In this document: positions 28,051 through 36,986 of the stretch, in pieces | Numbering within the stretch: position 1 is the stretch's first letter | Layout: each line of letters opens with the position of its first letter | Source: Myxococcales bacterium | GTDB lineage: Bacteria; Myxococcota_A; Polyangia; Polyangiales; Polyangiaceae | Direction: 5' to 3' | Length of the DNA: 64,000 nt | Assembly: GCA_043747615.1 (NCBI GenBank) | Contig: JAYTOU010000023.1 | Span: 64,001-128,000, forward strand | Position numbers and translations under genes: made by a program | Notes under the pieces: model-generated | Databases searched by the model: none | The model's input: only the letters and a program-made list of their open reading frames with translations | What the model was told of the DNA's origin: nothing

Positions 28051-28938
28051 ATGGAAGTCCGAACTTTTCGCGCGGCAACGGTGCTCGCGACGCTCCTGGG
28101 TGTGCTCGTTTTCGGAGGTGTCGCCCACGCGGGGAACCCGAAGGCCGATCTCGAGAACGCCGAGCAGCTCTACGCGAACCTGAACTACGAAGAGGCCAAC
28201 AAGCTCGCTGCGGGCGTGAGCAAGCAACATGGGCTCACCCACGACCAGCTCGTGCGCGCCTTTCGCCTCGTGGCGCTGTCCCACGCGGTTCTCGATCGCG
28301 AAGATCCGTCGCGCGACGCCTTCATTCAGCTCCTCACTTATGATCCCGAGTACCAGGCCGACCCGAACCTCGGGCCCCGGGTGACCACGCCGTTCTTCGA
28401 AGCCCGCGGATTTTGGCGCGGTCAGCCGATCAAACCGGGCGTAGAGGCGACGGCCACCGTCAAAGCAAAAGAGGCGGGTACGCTGAAGATCACGGTCCGC
28501 GATCCGACGCATATCGTGAAGAAGGCGAGCGCCGGGTACCGCTGGGGCGGAACGGGGGAGTTCACGGTCAAGCCGGTGCAGCCGGGTGAGGCGGTGCTCT
28601 TGGACATTCCCGAGCCGCCGGGAAACGCGACGCGCTTCGACTATTACGTGCAGGCCCTCGACGACAAAGAGAACGTCGTCCTCGAAGCGGGCACCGCGTT
28701 GTCGCCCAAGACAGTCATCGTCGAAAAACCGGCAGCGGCAGCGGGCCCCGGCGTGGGGGGCGGCGGCAAAGAGAAGACGAAGAGCGTCACTTCCAGCGCC
28801 GCTTTTTGGGGCATCCTCGGCGGCGTCCTCGTTGCGGGCGGCGTCGCAGCCGTGGTGATCGCGACCCGACCCAAGGACGAAGCAACGAACGTATCGCTCT
28901 CGCCCGGCCTCAACTGCGGAGCCATGAAATGCAACTAG
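28051..28938 (+). CDS. Secreted TPR-like protein with C-terminal TM segment
   Basis: Signal peptide ending AHA, helical repeat region, YYVQA beta domain, FWGILGGV helix. Confidence 0.72.
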   Translation: MEVRTFRAATVLATLLGVLVFGGVAHAGNPKADLENAEQLYANLNYEEANKLAAGVSKQHGLTHDQLVRAFRLVALSHAVLDREDPSRDAFIQLLTYDPEYQADPNLGPRVTTPFFEARGFWRGQPIKPGVEATATVKAKEAGTLKITVRDPTHIVKKASAGYRWGGTGEFTVKPVQPGEAVLLDIPEPPGNATRFDYYVQALDDKENVVLEAGTALSPKTVIVEKPAAAAGPGVGGGGKEKTKSVTSSAAFWGILGGVLVAGGVAAVVIATRPKDEATNVSLSPGLNCGAMKCN

Positions 28939-28943
28939 CTCAC

Positions 28944-29456
28944 ATGCGACGACTCGCGCTCCGCAAGAGAATCAGCACCATCGTCGGTGCTGCGTTCGTT
29001 CTGACCGCGTGCAGCGGCGGCACCACCACTCCTCAGCGGGGAACCATCAGCGTGACGTTTCCATCCGTGCACGCTGCGGTCGCCAGCGACGAAATCGAGC
29101 TTCACGTGTACGACGCGCCCGACCAGAACACCTGCCTCGACCTCGTGCAGAAGCGACGAACAGCGCAGGCGATTCCCTCGGGGCTCATTGACCGCACCCC
29201 CATCCCGACATGCGATTTTCTCGCGGGCAAGGGTGTGCCTCTCGACGTGGGCTACGGCAAGCGGGCCTTCCTGGTCGCCACCCGTCACGCCGGCAAGGAC
29301 ATTCTCGTCGGCTGCACGCTTCAGGGAGTGGGAGACGCGCCGATCGCCGTGGACGTCGAGCTCACCACGATCAACGCGATGACGCTGATCCCCGGAAAAG
29401 ACTCGGACTGCGTGACCCTCTCGATGAAGTGCTCGGGAGCCTGCAAGACGCCTTAG
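28944..29456 (+). CDS. Hypothetical Cys-containing lipoprotein
   Basis: LTAC lipobox; 5 bp after the previous stop. Confidence 0.7.
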   Translation: MRRLALRKRISTIVGAAFVLTACSGGTTTPQRGTISVTFPSVHAAVASDEIELHVYDAPDQNTCLDLVQKRRTAQAIPSGLIDRTPIPTCDFLAGKGVPLDVGYGKRAFLVATRHAGKDILVGCTLQGVGDAPIAVDVELTTINAMTLIPGKDSDCVTLSMKCSGACKTP

Positions 29457-29472
29457 TAAGGCGGCCTAGCCG

Positions 29473-30897
29473 CTATTGAAGGTCGCTCGCCTTGACGCGC
29501 GGAGCGAGTGTCGTGAACTGGCCGTTCTGCACGTTCCAAATGATGTAGTCGCTGACGACGTTGCCCGACTCGTCGAAGTTGCAGTCTCCAGAGGCGCCGT
29601 TGTAGTCGATGTTGTCGCCGTTTCGGATCCCCTCGAGCGCTTCGCCGATCTGGGCTGGCCCCAGCGCTCTCGCGGGCATTGCCGAATTTTTCTTGCCGCG
29701 CGAGACGTCGTAAAGCGCGTCGCGGATCTTGACCGGATTGTCCGTCGAGCCCGCCGCCTGGATGGCCAACGCCGCGAGGACCGCTGCGTCGTAGAAATTC
29801 GCCACGCTCGGACCGAGGTCGTTCGCGCCCGGATCGAGAGGAAACTGGGTGAGATAAAGATTCTTGAATTCGCCGTACTGCGTCGTCTCGGGGTTCGAAT
29901 CCGGATTGGTTCCGAACATTCCTTCGACGATGGTGGGTGAGTTGGGGTTGGTCTTGTCGAGACGCCCGTTCGAGATGAGATCGTTCGTGTAGCTGCCGTC
30001 GGTGCCGATGATGAAGAAGGTCGGCGGCAAGGTGGGCGTTGATTCCTGCCCTTTTTTCAGCTCGCGAATGAAGGCGTCTGCCGTGGGATCGTAAACGATC
30101 ATAGCGAGGCAGTCGGGGTTGGCGGCGACGAGGCCCGCCACCTCCGTGTTGTAGCTCGCCTTCATGTCCGCGGGAACCTTCGCCTCGAAGACGACGCTGC
30201 CGCCGCTCTTGGCCGGAAACTCGACCTTCACCGCGTCGGCGAAGGGCTTGCCGTAGTCGTCGTCGTTGTACACGACCGCCATTCTCTTGCAGCCGGAGCT
30301 GGGCGGACCGCCGTCGGCGCCCATTCCCGAGGCCCCGCCGTCCGCCTGCTTGAACGCGGCGGGGCCGCGCGCTGCGAAGATCGAAAGAGCTCGTGCCTGC
30401 AGCGTGTCCGGCGGCACCGTGCGGAAAAAGTACCGATCCGTCAGGGGCTGAAACGTGGACAACGTGCTCGAGGTCGCGCTGCCGGAGATTTGAATCACCT
30501 TCCGCTTGGCGATGAGGTCTCCGATCGCGATGACTTGACTGCTCCCTACCGGACCGAGAATGGCGGAGACACCCTCGTCGAGGAGAGCTTGCACGTTGGT
30601 CTTGATGACCTTGTCGGTGTCGCTCGCGTCGTCCATGATCTTGAACTCGACGTGCCTCCCGAGGATGCCGCCCGTAGCGTTGATCTGCTGGCTGGCGAGC
30701 TTGATCGCGTTCTGTACGGTCGCTCCGTAGCCTTGCGACGGGCCGGTGAGAGCGATGGTGACGCCGATTTTGATGGGTGCCCCGGTGTCCGGCGCTGCGG
30801 TTACCGGCGTTGCTTTGCACGACATCGCGTTGATGGAGACGATCGCGAGTGCACCCGAAAACAGCGCCACGGCGGAGCTACGACGTAGATTGGTCAT
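29473..30897 (-). CDS. Branched-chain amino acid-type ABC substrate-binding lipoprotein (orphan)
   Basis: IKIGV, INATGGILG, ILGPVGS, YFFRTVPPD, YDAA, IDYNGASG. Confidence 0.9.
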   Translation of the reverse strand: MTNLRRSSAVALFSGALAIVSINAMSCKATPVTAAPDTGAPIKIGVTIALTGPSQGYGATVQNAIKLASQQINATGGILGRHVEFKIMDDASDTDKVIKTNVQALLDEGVSAILGPVGSSQVIAIGDLIAKRKVIQISGSATSSTLSTFQPLTDRYFFRTVPPDTLQARALSIFAARGPAAFKQADGGASGMGADGGPPSSGCKRMAVVYNDDDYGKPFADAVKVEFPAKSGGSVVFEAKVPADMKASYNTEVAGLVAANPDCLAMIVYDPTADAFIRELKKGQESTPTLPPTFFIIGTDGSYTNDLISNGRLDKTNPNSPTIVEGMFGTNPDSNPETTQYGEFKNLYLTQFPLDPGANDLGPSVANFYDAAVLAALAIQAAGSTDNPVKIRDALYDVSRGKKNSAMPARALGPAQIGEALEGIRNGDNIDYNGASGDCNFDESGNVVSDYIIWNVQNGQFTTLAPRVKASDLQ

Positions 30898-30934
30898 CAC
30901 GCAGCACAGTCTTCCGGAGGTAAGCCCCGACGAT

Positions 30935-32722
30935 TCATTTGAGCCCGAGTTTTTTTGTAACCGTCTCGCCGCTTTTGATCGTGACGGTGAAGCTTTGCTT
31001 GATCCCCTGCTCCGCATTTTCCAGCGTGAGGTTGTGAGTTCCCGGAGGAAGGGCCACGTTGATGATCGGCGTCGTTCCGAGGACCTTGCCGTTTTCGCTG
31101 ACCCTGGTGAACGGGTAGGTGTCGAGCGTGAGGTGACCTTCGTCTCCCGCGGGCGCAACCGGCGGCGCCACCGGTTTGATCGGCGGCGTCGGATGCTTTC
31201 CGCCACCGTTACCCGTGGGCTTCACGCCAGGTGGGTGCGCGACATTAGGATCTGCCGGGACGGCGACGAGGCCAAGGCTCGCAACGGCAGACGGACTCCC
31301 CGAGGGCACCGAAACTGCGCTCGCCGAGGGCGCGGCCGACCCGGAGCCCGCCGTCCGTCCAACGACGTCATCGTCGCTAGGCTTCTTTTTCAGGCCCATC
31401 AGGAGGAGAGCGACCACCGCGCAAGCGAGGAGACCCATCATCACCGTGATGAGCACGACGAGCATCTTGTTGTTATTTTTTTCCGGAAACGGAACGCCGC
31501 CGACCACCCTGCTGCCCGCCGCGGACAGGCTCGAGGCCATCACGCTCGACTGGGAGTGACCAGGGCTGAACGCTGGAACGACGCCGCTGCCGCTGCCGCC
31601 ACCCACGTTGAGTTGGAGGAGGCTGCCGCCGTTGGTGGCCATGCTGCGTTGCTTCGAGCCGTCGACGTTGAGCGCCGCGAGCTCCACGGTATTTCCGGCC
31701 GCGGAGAGCGTCGCCATGTGCGTCTGGATCTGGCGCTGCACTTCTTCGCGAACCTTGGCGAACATCGTCGTCATGCGACGCCCGACTTCGTCCTGGCGAA
31801 ACTTGTCGCCCGTCGCACGGATGAACGTGTCGAGGGCGTCGCGCATCTCCTGCGCCGTTTGGAATCGGTACTGGGGATCCTTCTCGAGCGCACGACCGAC
31901 GATCGCGTCGAGCTCGGGATCCACGTCTTCGCGAAGCGTGGAGACCGATGGAATAGGGGCATTTAAAAGGCGATTGAGCGTGCTCGCTGCGGAGTCCCCC
32001 GTCATGAGCCGCTGCCGCGTGAGGAGCTCCCAGAGAACGATGCCCATGGCGAAGATGTCGGCGCGCTGATCGATGGGACCGGCCATCGCTTGCTCGGGCG
32101 ACATGTACGCGACCTTGCCCTTGAGAACGCCGACCTCGGTTTCCGTCGAGCTCAAAGCTGCCTTGGCGATACCGAAATCGACGACCTTCACCTGACCGCC
32201 GTAGGTCACGAAAATATTGTGAGGGCTGATGTCTCGATGAATGATGTTCAGCGGGCGACCGTCGTAGTCGGCGAGCTCGTGGGCGTGATTCAGCCCCGCG
32301 AGTGCGTCCGAGATCACGCGGGCGCAGAAGCACTGATCGAAGACTTGGTTCCGCTTCACGGCCTCGCGGATGACTTTGTTGAGCGGCTGCCCCTCGAGGT
32401 ACTCCATGGCGATGAAGTACACGCCGTCTTGGTCGCCTACCTCGTAGGTGTGAACGACGTTGGGGTGATTGAGCCTCGCGGCCAGGCGCGCCTCGTCGAG
32501 GAACATTTCCCGAAACTGGGGATCGTCTGCCAACGCGGCGCGAAGGCGCTTGACCACGGCGAGCTTGTTGAATCCCATCGGCCCGCGCGCGACCGAAAGG
32601 AAGACGTCGGCCATCCCGCCGCGGCCCAAGCTCGCGAACAAATTGTATTTGCCGAATGAAGCGGCGGACGCGTCTCCGAGCCCTTCCACCGCGTCTTGGC
32701 CCTGTCCGGCGGCCGCACCCAT
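30935..32722 (-). CDS. Membrane Ser/Thr kinase with C-terminal PEGA-like domain
   Basis: LGRGGMADV, HRDISPHN, DFG, KGKVAYMSPEQ; TM; LGTTP..LPPGTH. Confidence 0.95.
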   Translation of the reverse strand: MGAAAGQGQDAVEGLGDASAASFGKYNLFASLGRGGMADVFLSVARGPMGFNKLAVVKRLRAALADDPQFREMFLDEARLAARLNHPNVVHTYEVGDQDGVYFIAMEYLEGQPLNKVIREAVKRNQVFDQCFCARVISDALAGLNHAHELADYDGRPLNIIHRDISPHNIFVTYGGQVKVVDFGIAKAALSSTETEVGVLKGKVAYMSPEQAMAGPIDQRADIFAMGIVLWELLTRQRLMTGDSAASTLNRLLNAPIPSVSTLREDVDPELDAIVGRALEKDPQYRFQTAQEMRDALDTFIRATGDKFRQDEVGRRMTTMFAKVREEVQRQIQTHMATLSAAGNTVELAALNVDGSKQRSMATNGGSLLQLNVGGGSGSGVVPAFSPGHSQSSVMASSLSAAGSRVVGGVPFPEKNNNKMLVVLITVMMGLLACAVVALLLMGLKKKPSDDDVVGRTAGSGSAAPSASAVSVPSGSPSAVASLGLVAVPADPNVAHPPGVKPTGNGGGKHPTPPIKPVAPPVAPAGDEGHLTLDTYPFTRVSENGKVLGTTPIINVALPPGTHNLTLENAEQGIKQSFTVTIKSGETVTKKLGLK

Positions 32723-32774
32723 CTAGGTAGGAGTATCACGTTTCGAGAATGCGAGCCCTCAAGTGTGTCGGCCC

Positions 32775-33986
32775 CTATCGCACCTCGACGTCGTATCCCC
32801 GGGCGCGAAGAGCGGCTTGGACCTCGGCGACGTGCTCGAACCCCCGCGTTTCGAGGACGAGCTGCACAACGGCCTCATTCAGCTCGGTGTTCGCGAAGGT
32901 TCGGTCGTGTTGGATCTGGACGATGTTGGCCCTCACCTCAGCCACGGCCTGCGTGAGCTTGGCGAGCGAGCCGGTCACGTCCTGCACCTTCACGAGGAGA
33001 CGCACCATGCGCCCTGACTTCACCAAGCCCCGCTCGATGATCCGGCTGATCATGGTGACGTCGATATTTCCCCCGCAGACCACGACGGCCACCTTCTTCC
33101 CCGCGAGCGGTAGCCGATGATGGAGGAGCGCGGCGAGGGGTGCGGCTCCGGCTCCTTCGGCCACTGTTTTCTCTCGCTCGAGAAGCATCAGGATCGCCTC
33201 CGCGATTTCTTCCTCGTCGACCGAGACCACCGCGTCCACGTAACGCTGGACGAGCTCGAGGGTCCGCTCACCGACCCGCCGAACCGCGATGCCTTCGGCG
33301 ATGGTCCGCTTGGCGTCGATCGTCACCGGATGTCCGCTCCTGAGCGCCTCTTGCATCGACGGAAAAGCGAGGCTCTCCACGCCATACACTTTGATCTTCG
33401 GGTTCGTCTCCTTGACGGCGAGGGCGACCCCCGCAGCGAGCCCCCCCCCGCCGATGGCGACGACGATCGCGTCGAGGTACGGGTTCTGCTCGAGGAGCTC
33501 GAGGCCGATCGTCCCCTGCCCGGCGATGATCAGATCGTCGTCGAAGGGATGAACGAACAGCCGCTTTTCGAGGGCCTGGATGCGCAAGGCTTCCTCGTGT
33601 GCCTCGTCGAAGTTCGCGCCGTGGAGGATGACCTGCCCGCCGAAATCACGTGTACTTTGCACCTTGATCAGCGGCGTGGTCACGGGCATGACGATTTTCG
33701 CGTCGATGCCGAGTCGCGTGGCGTGGTAGGCGATTCCCTGGGCATGATTGCCGGCGCTCGCGCAGATGACCCCGCGGGCGCGCTCCGCGTCGGTGAGCGA
33801 TTTGAGCTTGTTGCAGGCGCCGCGCTCTTTGAAGGAGCCTGTCATCTGGAGGTTCTCGAGCTTCAGCCAGCACTTGGTACCGGTGGCCCGACTGAGCGTC
33901 TCGCTGTACGCGCACGGCGAGAGAAAAATGCTGTCCCCGATGCGCCTACGAGCCTGCTCTACATCTGCGAAGGTGATCACGCTCAT
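32775..33986 (-). CDS. ilvA: Threonine ammonia-lyase with C-terminal ACT domain
   Basis: KLENLQMTGSFKERGA, SAGNHAQG, GGGGL, GGNID; start may be GTG at 33980. Confidence 0.94.
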   Translation of the reverse strand: MSVITFADVEQARRRIGDSIFLSPCAYSETLSRATGTKCWLKLENLQMTGSFKERGACNKLKSLTDAERARGVICASAGNHAQGIAYHATRLGIDAKIVMPVTTPLIKVQSTRDFGGQVILHGANFDEAHEEALRIQALEKRLFVHPFDDDLIIAGQGTIGLELLEQNPYLDAIVVAIGGGGLAAGVALAVKETNPKIKVYGVESLAFPSMQEALRSGHPVTIDAKRTIAEGIAVRRVGERTLELVQRYVDAVVSVDEEEIAEAILMLLEREKTVAEGAGAAPLAALLHHRLPLAGKKVAVVVCGGNIDVTMISRIIERGLVKSGRMVRLLVKVQDVTGSLAKLTQAVAEVRANIVQIQHDRTFANTELNEAVVQLVLETRGFEHVAEVQAALRARGYDVEVR

Positions 33987-34069
33987 GCATTCTACGCGCC
34001 TTTTGGTTGACGCGGGGGCGAGGGGGCGGCACGAACGCGCTTTGGGTTTGCCGAGACTCGCGAGGAGAA

Positions 34070-34639
34070 ATGACCGGGAAATCAAAGCATAAAATCCGGC
34101 ACCGCGTCCGAATGGGCTTGGTCGTTGTCCTCGCAGGCGCGCTCCTCGGCTCGGCGGGGCTCGCTCTCGCCGGTCCTGAAGATCGAAGCGTCGCGGAGTC
34201 GATCCTCACGAAGCTCGATGCCGACGCCGCGCACAAGAGCCTCACGGTCGATGCGTCGACGCGGGCTCGTGCGGCGCTCGAGCGTGGTACCCGGATGCGA
34301 GCCGCGGGGGACGAGCCGCATGCGAGGCTCGCCGATGGCTTGGCCCGCGAGTGGGCGGAGCTGGCGCGGGATCTCGTGGCCACGGCGGATCTCGAGAAGA
34401 AGGCCGCCGATACCCGGCGCGCGGCAACCGATGCGGGCGCCCACGCGGAACGTGAGCGGGCGCTCCTCGACGAAGGCATTGCCCAGAATGGACGACTGCG
34501 GGCACAGCTCGAAGCGGCCGAGCGCGAGCACGAGCCCGAGAAGACCGCGAAGGTCGGTGCTTCCCTCGATGCTGGAGCGGCTCCGTTGCCGGCGAAAAAA
34601 ATGATGCTGAAGGCTCCTCTCTCCGACGGAGGCCGCTGA
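34070..34639 (+). CDS. Secreted helical/coiled-coil hypothetical protein
   Basis: GAGGAG RBS, signal peptide, Ala-rich helices; TGATG coupling to next gene. Confidence 0.7.
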   Translation: MTGKSKHKIRHRVRMGLVVVLAGALLGSAGLALAGPEDRSVAESILTKLDADAAHKSLTVDASTRARAALERGTRMRAAGDEPHARLADGLAREWAELARDLVATADLEKKAADTRRAATDAGAHAERERALLDEGIAQNGRLRAQLEAAEREHEPEKTAKVGASLDAGAAPLPAKKMMLKAPLSDGGR

Positions 34640-35787
34640 TGCGAACTACCACGATTTTGGCTCTCGTTGCGCTCACGGCCGGTACGCTCACGGGGGCGCT
34701 CACCGGATGTGGCGGATCTCCTCCGCGTATGTCTTCCATGGCCGATATGGAGCGCGCGCGATCAAGCCCCGGTGCACGTGAAGGCGCAGCGCTCGCTCCG
34801 CAAACCTACGCCGCCGCAGAAGACGCACGGAAGCGCTCGCTCGCCGCCGCGGAGGCGGGCGACGATTCTGCTGCCGGTCTCTACGCCGATCGCGCCCTCG
34901 CCGGGTACCAGCACGCCCTCATCCAAGCCAGGCTCGCTCGGGCCACTGTGGCCGAAGGAGAAGCGGCGACTTCGCTCTCCAATACCGACGCCGAAGCCCG
35001 AAAAACGGCCCAAGCCCGCACCGAGATCGATCGCGACGGTGAGGAGCTCGACAAGAAACTGAAGATCGTGCGCGAGACCCTAGCGCCGTCACCGAGTGGT
35101 CCGGCCGATCCTTCGCGTGAAGCTGCGCGTCTCGTCGCGGCCCGGGGGCTCGCCGTTCAAGCGCGTCTCCTGTGCGGTGCTGCGCGCCTGCTTTCACCGT
35201 CGCTCCCGAACCTCGCGGAGAGCGAGAAGGAGCTCGCTGACCTAGAAAAGAAGCTCGACGAGGGCGGGTCCACGGCGAGAGCCGCGAAGCCAGCTCCGAT
35301 CGATCCGGCAGCGCGTGTGCGCGCGGCGTGTCTGTCCGTGCTCACCCGAGCGCGTCGAAGCGCCGACAAAGCGAGCGTCGGTCAGGCCGATGGGCTTCTC
35401 ACCGAGCTTTCTGCCACGGGCGCGTGGGCCCCGATCCACGACGAGCGTGGCGTCGTGGTGACCCTCCGCGACGCCTTCAAGGGAACGGCGCTCACTCCCG
35501 CCGCCGACACGAAGTTGAAAGAGCTCGGCCGGGTCCTCGCGGCGCATCCGGGGTTCGCCGTGCAGGTCGTCATCCACGACGCTTCGCAGCCGTCGGCGCA
35601 GGAAAGCACCGCGGATGCGCAGCGCGCCGATGCTTCGGTGAAGGCGATCGCCAGCGGAGCCGGGAGCTCGGACAAAGTGAAGGCCGAGATGGCCGGCGCT
35701 CGCTCGCCCCTCGTCGATCCCAGTGATGCTCGCCACCGCACCCGCAACGCGCGGATGGACGTAGTGTTCGTCACGCCCGGGAGCTGA
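34639..35787 (+). CDS. Lipoprotein, coiled coil (DUF4398-like) plus degenerate OmpA C-terminal domain
   Basis: LTGC lipobox; DERGVVVTL, RNARMDVVF resemble OmpA_C. Confidence 0.72.
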   Translation: MRTTTILALVALTAGTLTGALTGCGGSPPRMSSMADMERARSSPGAREGAALAPQTYAAAEDARKRSLAAAEAGDDSAAGLYADRALAGYQHALIQARLARATVAEGEAATSLSNTDAEARKTAQARTEIDRDGEELDKKLKIVRETLAPSPSGPADPSREAARLVAARGLAVQARLLCGAARLLSPSLPNLAESEKELADLEKKLDEGGSTARAAKPAPIDPAARVRAACLSVLTRARRSADKASVGQADGLLTELSATGAWAPIHDERGVVVTLRDAFKGTALTPAADTKLKELGRVLAAHPGFAVQVVIHDASQPSAQESTADAQRADASVKAIASGAGSSDKVKAEMAGARSPLVDPSDARHRTRNARMDVVFVTPGS

Positions 35788-35790
35788 GCT

Positions 35791-36483
35791 TCACTGGACG
35801 AGCTTGTAGCCGTACCCGTACACCGTCAAAATGTGCACCGGCTTGTCGGGCGACGGCTCGATCTTTTTCCGCAGCTTGACGATGAAGTTGTCGACGGTGC
35901 GGTTGGTGGTCACCGACTCGAGGCCCCAGATCTTCGAGAGGATTTCGTCTCGGCTCACGGGTTGGCCCGCGCGCTCGGCGAGTAGACGCAGCAGCTCGAC
36001 CTCGTAGAAAGAAAGCTGCACGCTCTCTCCGTTGGTGGTGAGCGTGTGCGCCGTCAGGTTCACCTGCGAGCCTCCGATCTCCACGAGCTCCGCGACTCCG
36101 CCGCTTCGAGCCGCCCGCCGAAAGATGGCGCGCATCCGGGCTATGAGCTCGTTCACGCTGAAAGGCTTGGTGACGTAGTCGTCGGCGCCGGAGTCCAGGC
36201 CTCGTATTTTGTCGGTCTCCTGCGATCGCGCGGTGAGCATCACGATGGGCACGAAGGCGTTCCAGCGTCGAATGTCCTCGCAGACCGCGTAGCCGTTCAT
36301 GTCTGGGAGCATGAGATCGAGAATGACTGCGTCGGGGCTCTCGGTCTTGGCGAGCGTCACCCCTTCCCTCCCCTTGCCCGCCGACACAACGCGAAAGCCC
36401 TCGAACTCCAGCGCGTCGCGAAGTCCGAGGACGATCTGCGGTTCATCTTCGATGACGAGGATGGTTTTCTTGAGAGACGCCAA
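35791..36483 (-). CDS. OmpR/PhoB-family response regulator (no adjacent kinase)
   Basis: ILVIEDE, LDLMLP, GADDYVTKPF, winged helix TVYGYGYK. Confidence 0.95.
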   Translation of the reverse strand: MASLKKTILVIEDEPQIVLGLRDALEFEGFRVVSAGKGREGVTLAKTESPDAVILDLMLPDMNGYAVCEDIRRWNAFVPIVMLTARSQETDKIRGLDSGADDYVTKPFSVNELIARMRAIFRRAARSGGVAELVEIGGSQVNLTAHTLTTNGESVQLSFYEVELLRLLAERAGQPVSRDEILSKIWGLESVTTNRTVDNFIVKLRKKIEPSPDKPVHILTVYGYGYKLVQ

Positions 36484-36502
36484 GCTGTTCGGAGGTTAGC
36501 GG

Positions 36503-36945
36503 TCAGGGCGCGGGGCAGCCAGCTTCGATCCACTCGAAGAAAAGTGCGGGCAACCGAGGCTCGAACTTCTCGGTAGGAGGCATGCGCGCGCCGCTGATGC
36601 CACCGTCCCCGAGAAGCTTCAAGTACAGATAGCTCGCGCTTGGATCACCCGGCCTTGCGCGGAGCAACGACGGGCGCTCGGAGGAGGGCGCGTCGATCAA
36701 ATACCGAGCCTCATCGCCCGGCGGAAACGTGAGCCCGGCTGCACCGCTCGAGTGGCAGCCTTCGATTCCGTTGCATCCAGACAGGAAAATCTGGGTTCGC
36801 TTGCCGAGTGACGCATCGAGGGTGAAAGGGTCCCCGCTATCGATATCGCCAAATACATCGTGGCTATCGATTCCCGCGTCCTCACCGTGAACCGCGGACT
36901 CACGCGCGCAACCGGCCACACAAAAGACGAACCCCGCACAAAACA
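36503..36945 (-). CDS. Small lipoprotein with cytochrome c-like domain
   Basis: VAGC lipobox; CNGIEGCH, PGDPSASYLYLKL, RMPP, WIEAG. Confidence 0.62.
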
Positions 36946-36986
36946 TGGTGCTTGCGCGGAGTACGAGAACCACTTGTTTCCGTGAA

